A stretch of 63,908 bases of DNA, the filler included, from Blastocystis sp. subtype 4 (taxonomy: Eukaryota), in NCBI RefSeq assembly GCF_000743755.1. It is 3 parts of 3 records of this genome, joined end to end, with 100 filler letters (N's around TTAATTAATTAA, not from the genome) between each part and the next. Parts side by side here need not be neighbours in the genome. Positions count along the whole stretch, not along the records: positions 1 to 24,327 come from NW_014569386.1; 2 more parts are not named here. The stretch is one strand, 5' to 3'. Positions 1-11,802 of the stretch are shown piece by piece. Made by a program: the position numbers and the translations under genes. Every line of letters begins with the position of its first letter. Position 1 is the stretch's first letter. The notes under the pieces were generated by a model. That model was not told the origin of the DNA and ran no database searches. It saw only the letters and a list, made by a program, of their open reading frames with translations.

Positions 1-265
1 CGTGTCTCTTCTTTGTCTACCTAGTAAATATTCATTATTCCTACCCGCAAGTACTACAAACTTACGCATCACTCCAATCAACTGAAGTAGCTGTTGAGTT
101 GCTTCTTCCTTCACAACTCGTTTCAATCTCAAGATATCTGTGAACACCTTCAACACTCCCTTCTTCAGACACTTTTCAACCAACTCCTCTGCCATCATTC
201 ACTCATTCAATTCTTACCGGATGGCTAGTGAAATATTAGGATCTCAATCATTCCAAATTCTATAG
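1..265 (+). CDS. 3' end of an unidentified gene (partial)
   Basis: Open frame through a plausible 29-nt GT-AG intron to TAG 263-265; TGTTTGTA element at 302-309. No recognisable motif. Confidence 0.35.
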
Positions 266-318
266 AAGTTGAACGAACCAACCTAATTCACTATAGCTAA
301 CTGTTTGTAACAAACTCA

Positions 319-1377
319 TCACAACATCATGGCAGTTAATCCCAATTTCTCAACCACAGGAATTGGAAGTGCATAGGCAGGATGAATAGGAATCGTTGGA
401 AATTCCTCTTTCTCCAAATATCCGAGCATACTGAGTCCTGCAATTCCAAAATAAGTATGATATAAATCACGTTCATCCATAGGACGATCACTCAACCCAC
501 CTCGAGGATCTTGACAATTCAAGATAAATCGAATCAACCCTTCACGATCAATAGGAATATGATCTACAGTGAACAACATTCACAAAAAAATCACTTAGAA
601 CCATCATTGCCGAAAGTGACCACCAACTGTAACACAAATCGCACTGTTTCTCAGGACGGCCATTCAGACCTCCACTATCTACTTGGCGATGATCAAGCCA
701 GCGGCAGAGACGTTTCACATTGCACTTGTCTACAGTATGAAGAATTGACAACGCACCAATGGCACAGAACACCATTCCTGAATGACTTTCGCTTCCTGGA
801 ATGGATCCAAATCCTCCATCAATGTTCTGACAACTACAAATATATTGAGTGATTTGATCTGCGTCCAATTGCTCCCGCTTTCCAATTAAACACATGCTTT
901 GGACAGCACAATAATTGAAGCGCAAATCTAACTCTCCATATCTGTCGTTAGTAAATGAACCATTGGGTTGATACAAACCCATGATGAAGGATGCCACCTT
1001 CTCTTTGTCAATTTGTTCTAGCTTATCACAAATTGCAAGAATTTGAAGTGCACTGAGTGTATATCTACATAAGAACGAACCAATCCTCGTACACAAGGTT
1101 TGAATCATGACCAAAATTACCACCAAATCCTCCATCCTCATTTTGACATTTTATTACCCAAGAAACAAGCTCCTCTTGGTTCATTCTGTCTCCAGCACCT
1201 AGAATCTCTAGTGCACATAACCCCCAGTAAGCTCCACTCATCCGAAGATGTTCTGTAGCAATCTAAATGTCAACTATGGACCCAACAAGAAACAGCAGCT
1301 AATGTATCTGTTTCGTTTCCAACATCCAAAACATATTGAATGTGCTTCTCTCGAACAAAAGTATCACAAATATCCAT
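319..1377 (-). CDS. RABGGTB: Rab geranylgeranyltransferase type II beta subunit (spliced)
   Basis: MDICDTFVREKHIQY..TEHLRMSGAYWG, GGFGSIPGSESHSG, GGLNGRPEKQCDLCYSWW, DLYHTYFGIAGLS prenyltransferase repeats; short introns join the ORF pieces. Confidence 0.93.
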
Positions 1378-1443
1378 GGATTCTTGTATTCCCATTCACC
1401 TTATCTAAGAGTTGGGATCCCTATTCTTTCAAGTGATTCGAAT

Positions 1444-2233
1444 ATGGATCCCGAGAGTACTTCATTGTATAGATAATGATGAAATAGCACAAGCACGAAC
1501 AGTGATCGTGTCTCCTGTTACGATCGATTTGAAGTATGTTGATTCTGCTTTATTTCACGTAGTATGAAGACTATTGAAGAAGCATTTAGCGAAATTGGTG
1601 AATTGGAAGAGATTCGTTTGAATCCTCAAGAAAGTGTAGGAAATGAGTATTCTGCACGATCTATAGTCTGCAATTGTTACATTTAAGGATATAAAGTGTT
1701 CCAAAGAAGCTTTAGCTCGTGATGGTGCAACGATTGTTGGTCAAATCGTTCGTATTCGTGCTATGTCGAAAGACGATGCTCAGCTCAATTATCAGAAGGA
1801 CAGAATTCAAGGAGGAACAATTGAAGTGTCGGAGTTTGAAAAGCGAGCGTTTGCGATTCTTTCCTATCCTTCGGGTACTCGAGAAGAGAAGTTGAGAGAC
1901 CAATTATCGTTACTGACCAAACAAGAGAAGGATACGTTCATTGAAGTGTATCGCAGCTGTGAGAGTATTGTGTTGATACGACAGAAGTTTGATGCAGCTA
2001 TTGAGGCTGCAGATAATTCGGACTATGTCGAGTGATTATGGAGAGTTGGAGTTACTAGTAGACCAGGTATTGGTTCGTGTAGTTCTGATGGCTCTTCTTA
2101 TTATCACAGTTCGAGTCGGAGTCATTCGCATCAGCATCGAAGTCGTTCTCGTCACAGTCGAAGCCAATCCCGCCATCATCGGAGTCATTCTCGTCGCCAT
2201 CGAAGTCACAGTCACAGTTACCACCATCGGTAG
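1444..2233 (+). CDS. RRM protein with Arg/Ser/His-rich C-terminal tail (SR-like); start uncertain
   Basis: Spliced RRM (RTVIVSPV..IEEAFSEIGELEEIRL..SAIVTFKD); after a 27-nt intron the tail reads SRSHSHQHRSRSRHSRSQSRHHRSHSRRHRSHSHSYHHR*. Confidence 0.7.
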
Positions 2234-2300
2234 TCCTTTTTTCATTAGTATTTGTTTAAACCAGACATATGAAACACAATCTCCTTTGTGCCAGACCCCA

Positions 2301-3403
2301 ATGCCTTCAGACAAAAGGGAAAAGGTTCCATTAGTTCAGCGTATGTTTTCATCGGGAACTAGTGCACTAATCACCAAGACTATTGTCACTCCTTTTGATG
2401 TGATCAAAACCTATCTCCAGGTATTTTAGAATGGACAAACTTATGGACAGGCAGAGTTTACGATTCGAGAACGCAGGGGGATCATTGATGTAGTTTCAAT
2501 TGTTGGCAATAATTTCCAGGAACAATGCAAGAAAATGCAGGGTGTACCAAAACTTTTCCGCAGAACATTTGCTGCAACCAAGAACATCTGGTTGGATGGA
2601 GTATATATTTAGATAAATTGATCAATTTAGGGATTCCGTGCTTTCTACAGTGGTCTAGTTCCGACATTAATGATTGCCATTCCTAATTCGGTTCTCTATT
2701 ACTCTTCTTATGATGGTATCAAGTGGAGATTGGAACCATACTTCAAGAGCAAATAGTAGTTGTTGTTGGAGGTTCTGATTCTAGTGTTGCCTGGATGGTT
2801 CCTGCTATTAGTGGTGGCTTGAGTCGAACTCTTGCTGTAGTATGTGTAGAGCCTCTGGAATTCCTCAAGACCCAAGCCCAAGCCCGTATGCCTGGAGGTT
2901 TTATTGGCGCTATTCGTCGTGTTGGAGGGGAAGCCAAAGTACATGGAGTTTTGTACTTGTGGAAGGGAGTATACACAAATTTGCTACGTGATATTTCCTT
3001 TTCTGCCCTTCATTGGTTGATGTCATTGTCAGATAAATCTGTAATGTATTAGACTGGAACAGGTTCGTTCTGTTGTGAAACGGTTCGATATTCCACGACC
3101 GGCGAAGAGTTTCCTCTGTGGTGCAACGGCAGGAGCACTTGCTTCGTTCCTTGTGAACCCGTTTGATGTGGTGAAAACACAACAGCAAGTGCGTTCTGGA
3201 AAGGCATTGCCTTCGTTTGGAATCATGCGAAGTGTCTATCAGGTAGGAATATAAACGATAATGAAGTGTAGGAAGATGGAATAGGAGGTTTGTTTAAGGG
3301 AGTTGGTCCACGAGTTGTGAAATCAGCCGTGGCTTGCGCGTTGATGATCACTTTCTACGAGTATGGAAAGGAGTTGACGATGCGAACTACAAAGAAGGAG
3401 TGA
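2301..3403 (+). CDS. Mitochondrial carrier, SLC25A39/SLC25A40/Mtm1-like
   Basis: Three carrier signatures (PFDVIKT, PLEFLKT, PFDVVKT); [36 protein letters not shown]. Confidence 0.88.
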
Positions 3404-3473
3404 TTTGTTTGTTTCAATCCACTTCCAAATATAGAGGGAATTTTCTTAATCTGTTGTTCTCTCTAAAAACCAA

Positions 3474-6400
3474 ATGGATACGAAGTCTGTTGCTACTCAA
3501 GTACTTGAACAATTCGAGTCTGCATTTTCTGAGTTTCTGAACCCGAATACTCCCCAGAATCAGAGAAATGCAATTGGTAGGAATAAGGATGACACAATCA
3601 TTACACAGATCAAGCATTCGTAGCATTTGAAAGGCAGAGTGATTCATGGAAGATCTGTTTGGAGTTGATGAAAATGACGTAACACCAAGAATGCAATGAA
3701 TATCATAGAAATAGCACTAACATCCATCTGATTATCCAGGATACCTTTATTTTCTTGTTAAGACATCGTTGGACTGTCTTATTCACTAAGGTATGTAATT
3801 CATAGACATTATCGGATGGAGAAAAGTCTCTCATTCAGGAAACGGAGATTGCATTCTATGTGAATCAGTTCAACGTCTTGTCAAGGAGCATTATGAAACT
3901 AACAGCAAAGGTGATTCCTACTGATTCCTGTAATCATTAGACGATTGCTTGGATTGCAGTAATGGAAAATGAGCGGTATTTGCAAAGCATTCTAGACTAC
4001 ATTGCAGCAGGTCTCCAGAATACATCAGATTGTAGTCCACAGCTTTTATTACTGTTGGTTTTGCTCGAAGAGGTATATGAAGCCGAAAATGCAATTCCTC
4101 TTCTCACAGAGAAGAAAGCAACAATTCAAAGCGTAATAAGGTTATTTTGATTGATTTCATTAACAATAGTGGAAGTGTAGCTGGAATTACATCCTCTGTA
4201 AGCTCCATCCTTCGCTCTGTATCTGTAGTTTTCATGATTCTACCATAATCTTTAGGATGAAGATATCGTTAGTTGTGCTCTACAGATCCTCCTCATTCTC
4301 ATTCCTCATAATGACTTGTCCTGTGTTCTGGATCCTTCTATGACAGAAGCACTCTTCAAACTGATCTGTGATTTCTCCAATCCACTCAGGTACAGATGAA
4401 TTCATTGGATCATGTCCAGTATGGAATCGATGAAGTGTGTGAATGAATTGCTTATGAAACGGTTAATACCGTACAGTTATCGAGATACTTACAGTTTGAT
4501 TATCAATACCATTACGACACTGATTTCGGTATTCCATAATTCCTCACTATTATTATAGACTCTATCCCAACACATTGAAGAAGTGTCTGTGATGTATGTG
4601 AAGCGAATGAATTTGATGATTTACGAGTTGGTAGTAAACTATCTCTCAGTCATCATTGCCAACCAGCAGTTTAACTTCGATTCATTCCTAGCTAGTCTGT
4701 AATCACACCATCAGTCTATTCATCTAGTGTCACCTACACACAAGCTCAGGTCGAACCACGATGTTATCTCCAACTACTCCAAATCTGGAATGAACTGGCT
4801 GAATTCCTTCTGCAGATGAATTGGAGTGATGATGGTATAGTATGAATGATATGATAGATAATGGAATTACTGGACATCTTCCATCCCTTGTACAATACGT
4901 CACACAGGCTCTTCTGATCAGTAATCACTGTCGTGTGATTGTTACAGCGAACACAACAGATGAGTTCCTGGAGGAGGATTCAGACATTCTCCTATCGACT
5001 GTTACCATCTCCTCTCAAGAATTGATTGATGAGATTACTGGAGATTACGAAGAGATTCCCAGAGTTGTAGAGGAGCCACAGACTGAGTATGATTATATTG
5101 TGCAAAAATCCCTCCTACTTTTGTCACAATTATTGCACATTCCTACTATATCAGAAACGAGTCTGGATGCATTGTATTCACTTGCAATCTCTTCATTTGA
5201 GTCTGTTATGACAATTCTAAGCAAAGGAGAGGAAGGTGACATAATGCGTGATTATAGTGTTGTTATGCGATTGGTAAGTTGTCTAAACTTTGGTGAGCGA
5301 AATATCAATATCCTCGTGTTATTGAGCCGAATTATCAAGTAATTTGTGAATTCCATAAATCATGGATAGTGAGTGTTATGTCAACAATGTGTATATTTAT
5401 GGCCGAAAAGTCACTCAATTCTATATTGATAGTTTGCTATGCTTCAAGCAATACATCTTCGTATTGAACAATCAACTCGGAGGAGCTGATATTGAGGGTA
5501 TTTTAACATCTTTATATATGACATTAACGAATTCTGTTACTGTTCCACCGAATCTACTATTGATCACAATTTCGAATGTAATGATTTATATCGCTTCTAA
5601 TTGTACAATTGCTAATGTAACTAATTTATCATGTACATTTGTCCATTTATTAACTCATTTTCAGTCATTCCAGGATTGGTCACAAATTTCACAAAAGAAA
5701 CTTCCCAATGTCCTCTAATTATTCAAAGACAACTCCTAATCTTCCTAATATATCTTTTAACACACAGTTTGTCACCTCAAGAGTATTCCAATGCTCTTTC
5801 TACCCTACTGGCTCCAATCTATTCTACGTTACTCACAGCACAGTCTCCAACAGTTGCACAGTCCCAATCACGAAGATTCTTTCAGCGATCTTCATCTGTG
5901 GTTGGTGGTGCTTCTGTAGTTATGAACTCAACTTATACGCGCTGTGCATATTTACTGACCAGTGCTTTGCAAGAATCTTCCATGATGATGAAAGTTGTTA
6001 AGGATATAATTTATCCGCAACTACTTCCTGTATTCATTCAAATTGCGCAGATTCTTATTGATTCAAGTCAGAAGAATGAGAATTCTCATAATTACGAGAA
6101 TTGCCGCATTTTGTGGAATTGCGAATTATATGCTGCTAGCATTCTCCGCAGTGTGCGGGCGACGATGGATCAATTTCTCCCCGTGGTGGGTTCCTTGTTA
6201 CATCAGTTGCCCAATACATTATCGCAAATCCGAAACACTTCAAAATCTTTCATCTGTGAGTGATTTGAGTTCTTTGTGAGATAGATGAATTGCTCTCCAT
6301 CAAGGCTCTGAGGTTGATTAACCTGATGTGCATGGAACGTAGTCTTCCAAGAGAATTCCTTCAGAATATTGTATTACTAATGACACAGATTGGAGAACAA

Positions 6401-7025
6401 GCCATCTGTAGCATTTCTACTGATGTTATCTTAATGTTTGTGAAGTGTTGCAGTACCGTCCTAATATCATTATTGCTTGATTTGTAGTTGTTCTCGATGC
6501 ATTCGGTATCACTAACAACTACACCTGAAATCATGAATTACATTCTAACCCTCTCACAGTTCCTTTATCAGCTATTGGCTTCTGAATCTGTCTCTCAAGA
6601 ACTTCTGTCGGCTGTTTTGGACATTTACAAAAACACAGGAATGCTTCCAATCTACAAAGCACCTGCCTTCAGAGCGAATCTCCGTCAATCTCTCAGTCTT
6701 GTGTTATTACAAGTAACACTATCAATCCATGTTGATGTGTAGCATGTTCTAAGTGAAGTGCATTCGACTCTATCCAGCGATATGATTGCAACACTGTATA
6801 AAAAACTGGTGTTAGATAAGTGATAGGTATACTGTAAACTTTTCGGATTTTTCACCATTTTTCGAAACGGATATTCCGTTATTTTTGAATTCCTTAAATG
6901 GACTCTCGAAAGAGAACAAAGAGAAACTCGCTTGGAATATCACCACAGTTACAGACATGCCTTCATTCCAATTGCTTATTCAACGTCTTATGAAGGATAT
7001 TCGGATATATTCATCATGCAATTAG
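3474..7025 (+). CDS. Exportin, exportin-6-like karyopherin (multi-exon)
   Basis: N-terminus LEQFESAFSEFLNPNTPQNQRNAIDQAFVAFERQSDSWKICL and MKCVNELLMKRLIP resemble XPO6; long helical HEAT-like protein; TAG followed by TGTTTGTT. Confidence 0.65.
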
Positions 7026-7081
7026 CCTTCTTGTTTGTTTTGATATTCCCGCGGGAGTGTTAGTATTTCCCATTTGTTGAT

Positions 7082-8918
7082 ATGAAGAGGCTTCTCGTAT
7101 TTTGCACGTTGCTTCTGTGTGCCCTATGTATCAAAAAATTGAATGAAGTAGGTACGAGAATACATGTCGATTCTTAGTTCCCCATGGAGGATGGACTCGT
7201 TCAAGTGACTGACGACAATATTGATGATATTTTGGATTCCACCTATGAGCTTCTTCTTGTATTCTGTCAGAGAGTATGAGAATCTTCCTCACTCTAACTT
7301 CTAGAATCTCCCAAAATGTTTGGGATACCGAGAACCAACGACAAAAGCTGCGAAGATGTTGGCTCATCTCGACAATCCTGTCTATATCGGAGAAGTGAAT
7401 ATGGGAACTAGTTTTAATGTTGTCGAAAGATACAATGCAACTGAATATCCTGAGTATATCAATGTGTATTCGTTTGGTCGTGATCCAGAGAAACTCAAGT
7501 TTCCCATCTCCGATATGTCTCATCTGTTCTTCTTGGTTTATAAAATAGATCGATTGCAAAAGCTGCAATGAGTCATGCTCATATCGAAATCGTGGAGATC
7601 AAGACGATGAAGGATTGGGAATTCTATAGTACGTCTCTATCCATCATTATGATTGGTATTTTTGATAATAATGATGTAATCATCTTCATTCCTCTCAAAC
7701 TTTAGTCCGAAGAATATGAGACATATGATCGTCTTGCTTATGGCAAATCGAATGCTGTCTTCTTCTATTCATTCCTACCAGAACTCCATACCTTAGTCCT
7801 CATGGATCTTTCTTCTCATGAATAGTTTAATGTTGATTCATATGGCTTTATTGCTTATCATCATGTTGATCAAGACACATATGTTCAATTTAACGGTGAT
7901 ATGACGAATTATGATCAATTATCCGATTTCGTGGATATGAACGAATTACCTCTGGTGATTGATTATAGTCACAAGGAAGTATGCAATCAACACATTTTGT
8001 TATCTAGGTTGCTCGAGAAATCTTCAATAATCTTCGCATTCGCAATCAGCTCGTTCTATTTTATAACCCTTCGGATGAAGATTATGAGTCTTATATGAGT
8101 GAATTTCTTAAGGTAACAACCAAGAGAGAATGTGATGTAGGTGGCTAAGGAATTGCAAGGAGAAACCTATTGTATCAAGGCGGATCTGAAGAAATCTGAG
8201 CGCCTAATGCGGTATTTCAGCATTTTCGAGTATCCCAAACATGGATTTGTACTTCATGTAATTCCAGAAATCAGCACTAATTTATAGTCAAATTCTAATA
8301 CAGGTCAGTTCTGTCGTCGCTATCTCTACGAAGGAAATCTTGTTGTAGAAGATCTTCATTCGTTTGTAGACAAAGCCATGCGTCAGGAGACATCATTACA
8401 TCGAATCTTCAATTCAGAGCCTATTCCATCAGAATCGGACAATCGACGTAATTGCGCTGTAGGGAAATCGATGAAACGATTATGAATAGAAAGTTGTCCA
8501 ACGGACATTTGAACAGAATGTTCTGAATCCTGAGAATGATGTTTTTGTTCTGTATATGACTTCGGTAAGAGGACAACTGAAATGTGATGAATAGCGTTGT
8601 GATGCTTGTATTCAGGTTCAAGTGAAATTGTATGAATTTGCAGAGGACTATGAAGAGACAGAACATTTGAAATTCTATTACGCTTATACTGATCGTAATG
8701 AATTCAATCACAAATCTGTCAAGATTGATTCCTATCCTGCCATACGCTATTATCCTCGTACAACTGATGGAAAGAAGAAGAAATGGGTTAATTATCGCGA
8801 AGATATGACGATTGCTGTGAGTTTTGAAATGGAGAGTCACTTATAGGGAATGGAGCGATTCCTAAGAAAGTATGCAACAGTGGAGTTACCAGAACCTGAG
8901 GATGATGATGAGCTGTGA
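7082..8918 (+). CDS. ER protein disulfide isomerase-like thioredoxin-fold protein
   Basis: Signal peptide MKRLLVFCTLLLCALC; tandem Trx-like domains; single CxxC (CDAC) in the last domain; C-terminal DDEL ER-retention signal. Confidence 0.8.
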
Positions 8919-8968
8919 TATTTTGGTTCGTGTGTTTGTTAGTCATTCATTTGTGAAGAGTGGGACAG

Positions 8969-9772
8969 ATGAATCTTTCAATCTCATCCTTCACAATCCC
9001 ATCCAAAATTGATCGTGCAACTGTATAGATATGTTCCTTTTCTGACATAGTCAACTCCATCCTTCTTTTCTCAATCAGAAGATAGTAGAAAAAAGGGTAT
9101 ACATTGTAAAGTGGATTTCATTCGTTATAGAAGAATCTGCACAAGAGTTTGCAGAGAAAGGAGTGGAAGCTGCAGAATCTGGAGATTTTGGAAAGGCATT
9201 GAGTTTGTTATCTCATGCAGTTGTATTGGATGATAAAGATTACAAGTCAATGGAGATGATAGCTCAAGTAACTTTCTATATTCTATTGTGAATAGATCCA
9301 CCTAATGCAAGGAAGGCCGTTTGGAGCAGTGAAATACGCCATGAAAAGTCTTGATGTCAAACCTGAATGGTGTGAAGGACATGTAACATTAGCACGAGCT
9401 CAACGAGAAATGGGAGAAGTCAATTTATCACTCGAATCCTACAAGAAGGCAATCGCATTGCTGGATGAGGCAACAAGTCTTAATGAAAATGAGAAAGAAG
9501 AAGTGAGACAGGAAAGCAAAGAGCTGACTCAACTTCTTAATGTATAGAACTGGGAATTGAATAAGGACTAGAATTACATGGAAGAACATGGAGAATTGCA
9601 GGGTCGGGCACATGTTGTCGAAGATATCTCTGCATTGGATACTCAATTTGGAGATTATAGTAGTATGAGAGAAACCTGGAAAGAGGAGATTAAGAATAGT
9701 GTTCTAGAAATGAAAGAACGAGAAGAAGAAGAAATTCAACATGGAAATATGGAAGTAGAATATCCTATTTGA
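8969..9772 (+). CDS. TPR protein, TTC33-like
   Basis: KGVEAAESGDFGKAL..YKSMEMIAQ..PFGAVKYA..PEWCEGHVTLARAQREMGEV TPR pattern. Confidence 0.7.
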
Positions 9773-9784
9773 AACAAACACAAA

Positions 9785-10515
9785 ATACCATGGTATCCGT
9801 CAAGAGAACTCGACGTTCTCTCCTGTTCTTAATAAACTCACAGATACGAACGAATGCCCACGTAAAGAAGAGGAATGCAGCGAGCAAAATGATGAACCAG
9901 ACGACAATCATGGAATATGAAATTTTCGCTGGGTCCATAAACCAGTAAGGATACATGTGGTCAGGAGATAGAAGACCACGAATCGTAGAGAAGATGTAAT
10001 AGAGTAAAGGATAAAGAATACAGAGTTTGTAGAGCAACTTATGATCAAAGTCTAAAGGAGTGAATAAGAATAAATCAATCATCTTAAACACTGGGACAAT
10101 CAAGTGATCACAGAGATTGAAAGCCATACTCAATGTAAAGGCCCATTTCTACGAATAAATATCATCAAGAACATATACAGTTGTAAAAGACAGCATCGTC
10201 CAGAAGACAATGAACACAAAGAAGATGTTGACCGTATCGAATGCACTGTACATTGTCAAAAAGCGATCAAACTTCGATTCACTTGTTGAAAAACCAGTAA
10301 ACTACATGATGAAAGGAATCAATTACAAACACCTTAGGACTAAAGGCAACATACACAACTTTCATAGCAAAATAGAGCCATGTCAAAGCATTCGTCAGAA
10401 TGGTGAAATAGTAGAATAGCTGAAAATTGCCATTCACAATACTCAAAACGGTCTCCCATAAAAACATAGGGAGAGATAGGATAGCAACAACTAAAAAGGC
10501 AATGCGAGAATTCAT
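9785..10515 (-). CDS. FAR-17a/AIG1-like (Pr6Pr-type) multi-pass membrane protein; stop inferred to be made by polyadenylation
   Basis: YYFTILTN, HLIVPV, YPYWFMDP motifs and about 6 TM helices; one intron; ends GTA T|TTTG|TGTTTGTT. Confidence 0.7.
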
Positions 10516-10560
10516 GGAAGCGAAATGAAACTGACAAAAGTGTATAGAAACAAATCAAAA

Positions 10561-11741
10561 CACTTCAACAGATATTCTAATAATGCACCGACAACGGTAA
10601 CACTCAAACTCTGGAATCAAGGACTAACTCTCAATTACACACAAAGGATATGTTTCCAACCAATTTAACTCGCTGGACCTCAGGCATATCATCTGGGAAT
10701 CCAAAATCCTCTGGAAATCCATGTAACCGTTTCATTTCAGTGCCTGTGAAATATCGCAATTTGAGAGACATTAAATTATCAAGATCACGTGAGACAGGAG
10801 GTAACTGATAGGGAATGGTAGTTTGAAGCAAGGATCCAGTTCCTCGATGATACTTCCGATATGCCTTTGTGAAACAGCAAGAATACTTATCATTCGGAGT
10901 TACAATGTCTAAATGAGGACCTGACTTTTGAAGAACAGACTGCTTCACCAAGAAGGGAGTAAGATCTGTTCCTAATTGCATGGGTGAATCCAGAAATTCA
11001 CTCAGAGGTTTGCATTTCGTATTTAACGAATTCCACAAATCATGAGACTCTTTTGTTCCCATTTCTGCTGTGCCACTTTTATACGTAATATTTACACATG
11101 TTGGATGGAACGGAATAATGCGATAACAAGGACCCAGACGAGGAATGTCTTCAGGAGGAATAGGAAAAGCCTTCTTTCTAGCAATGAGAAAGTATCGATC
11201 ACGTTGATTGGGTATCTGAAATTGATTTGGTGATAGAATAAACTCCTGAACAGAGTACTGTTGATTTTTGAGAACTTCTAACAATAACTCGCGACTCTGA
11301 CTCGTTTCAAACCCTTCAACGTTCTCTAGTAGTATATAGTCCGGTGTTTGTTTAAGACTCTTTAAAAGACTGATCAAATGCAGCAAACCATCGGAACGAG
11401 CATCTTCACAATCTCGTTTCATCCCTTGACGTGTGTGGGGTTGACAAGGAGGACTTAGAAGCCACACATTGGCTTGATACTTCTCGATTTCCGAAACTCT
11501 ACTAGTAAAAATTTCAACATATGCTGAACGTTAAGTCTGTTATATCCTTTTGAACATATGGAACATCTGGGAAGTTATGATGATATCTACATCTAATTAT
11601 CGAAATGAATATCAACTACACTTTGTATGCATTTGGATTGATATCAAACGACGATAACACAACACTCTTTGGATTAGCTTGTTTCAGAGCACAATGGAGT
11701 CCTCCTATACCGCTAAAGAACTCGAGTGCTTTCAACTCCAT
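10561..11741 (-). CDS. TRDMT1: tRNA (cytosine-C5)-methyltransferase DNMT2
   Basis: EFFSGIGG, SPPCQPHTR, ENV, CFTKAY (DNMT2-specific CFT), LRYFT..RLHGFP, GNSLSV. Confidence 0.93.
10611..10651 (-). other. U12-type (minor) intron, AT-AG, 41 nt, in DNMT2
   Basis: 5' ATATCCTTT, branch-like TCCTTGAT, 3' CCAG; removal restores conserved VGN|SLSV. Confidence 0.85.
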
Positions 11742-11802
11742 TCAAATACAACAGAAACGTAAATAAAGCCTAGGGGAGAGTGGCGAAGAACTGGCTGCAA
11801 GA

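Noticed and set aside
1989..2429. 146-aa hydrophobic ORF
   Set aside because: Off-frame reading of the RS/His tail that runs into the first exon of the carrier gene.
7047..7057. TTCCCGCGGGA E2F-like palindrome
   Set aside because: The same word occurs inside coding sequence (~20948); no support for function.
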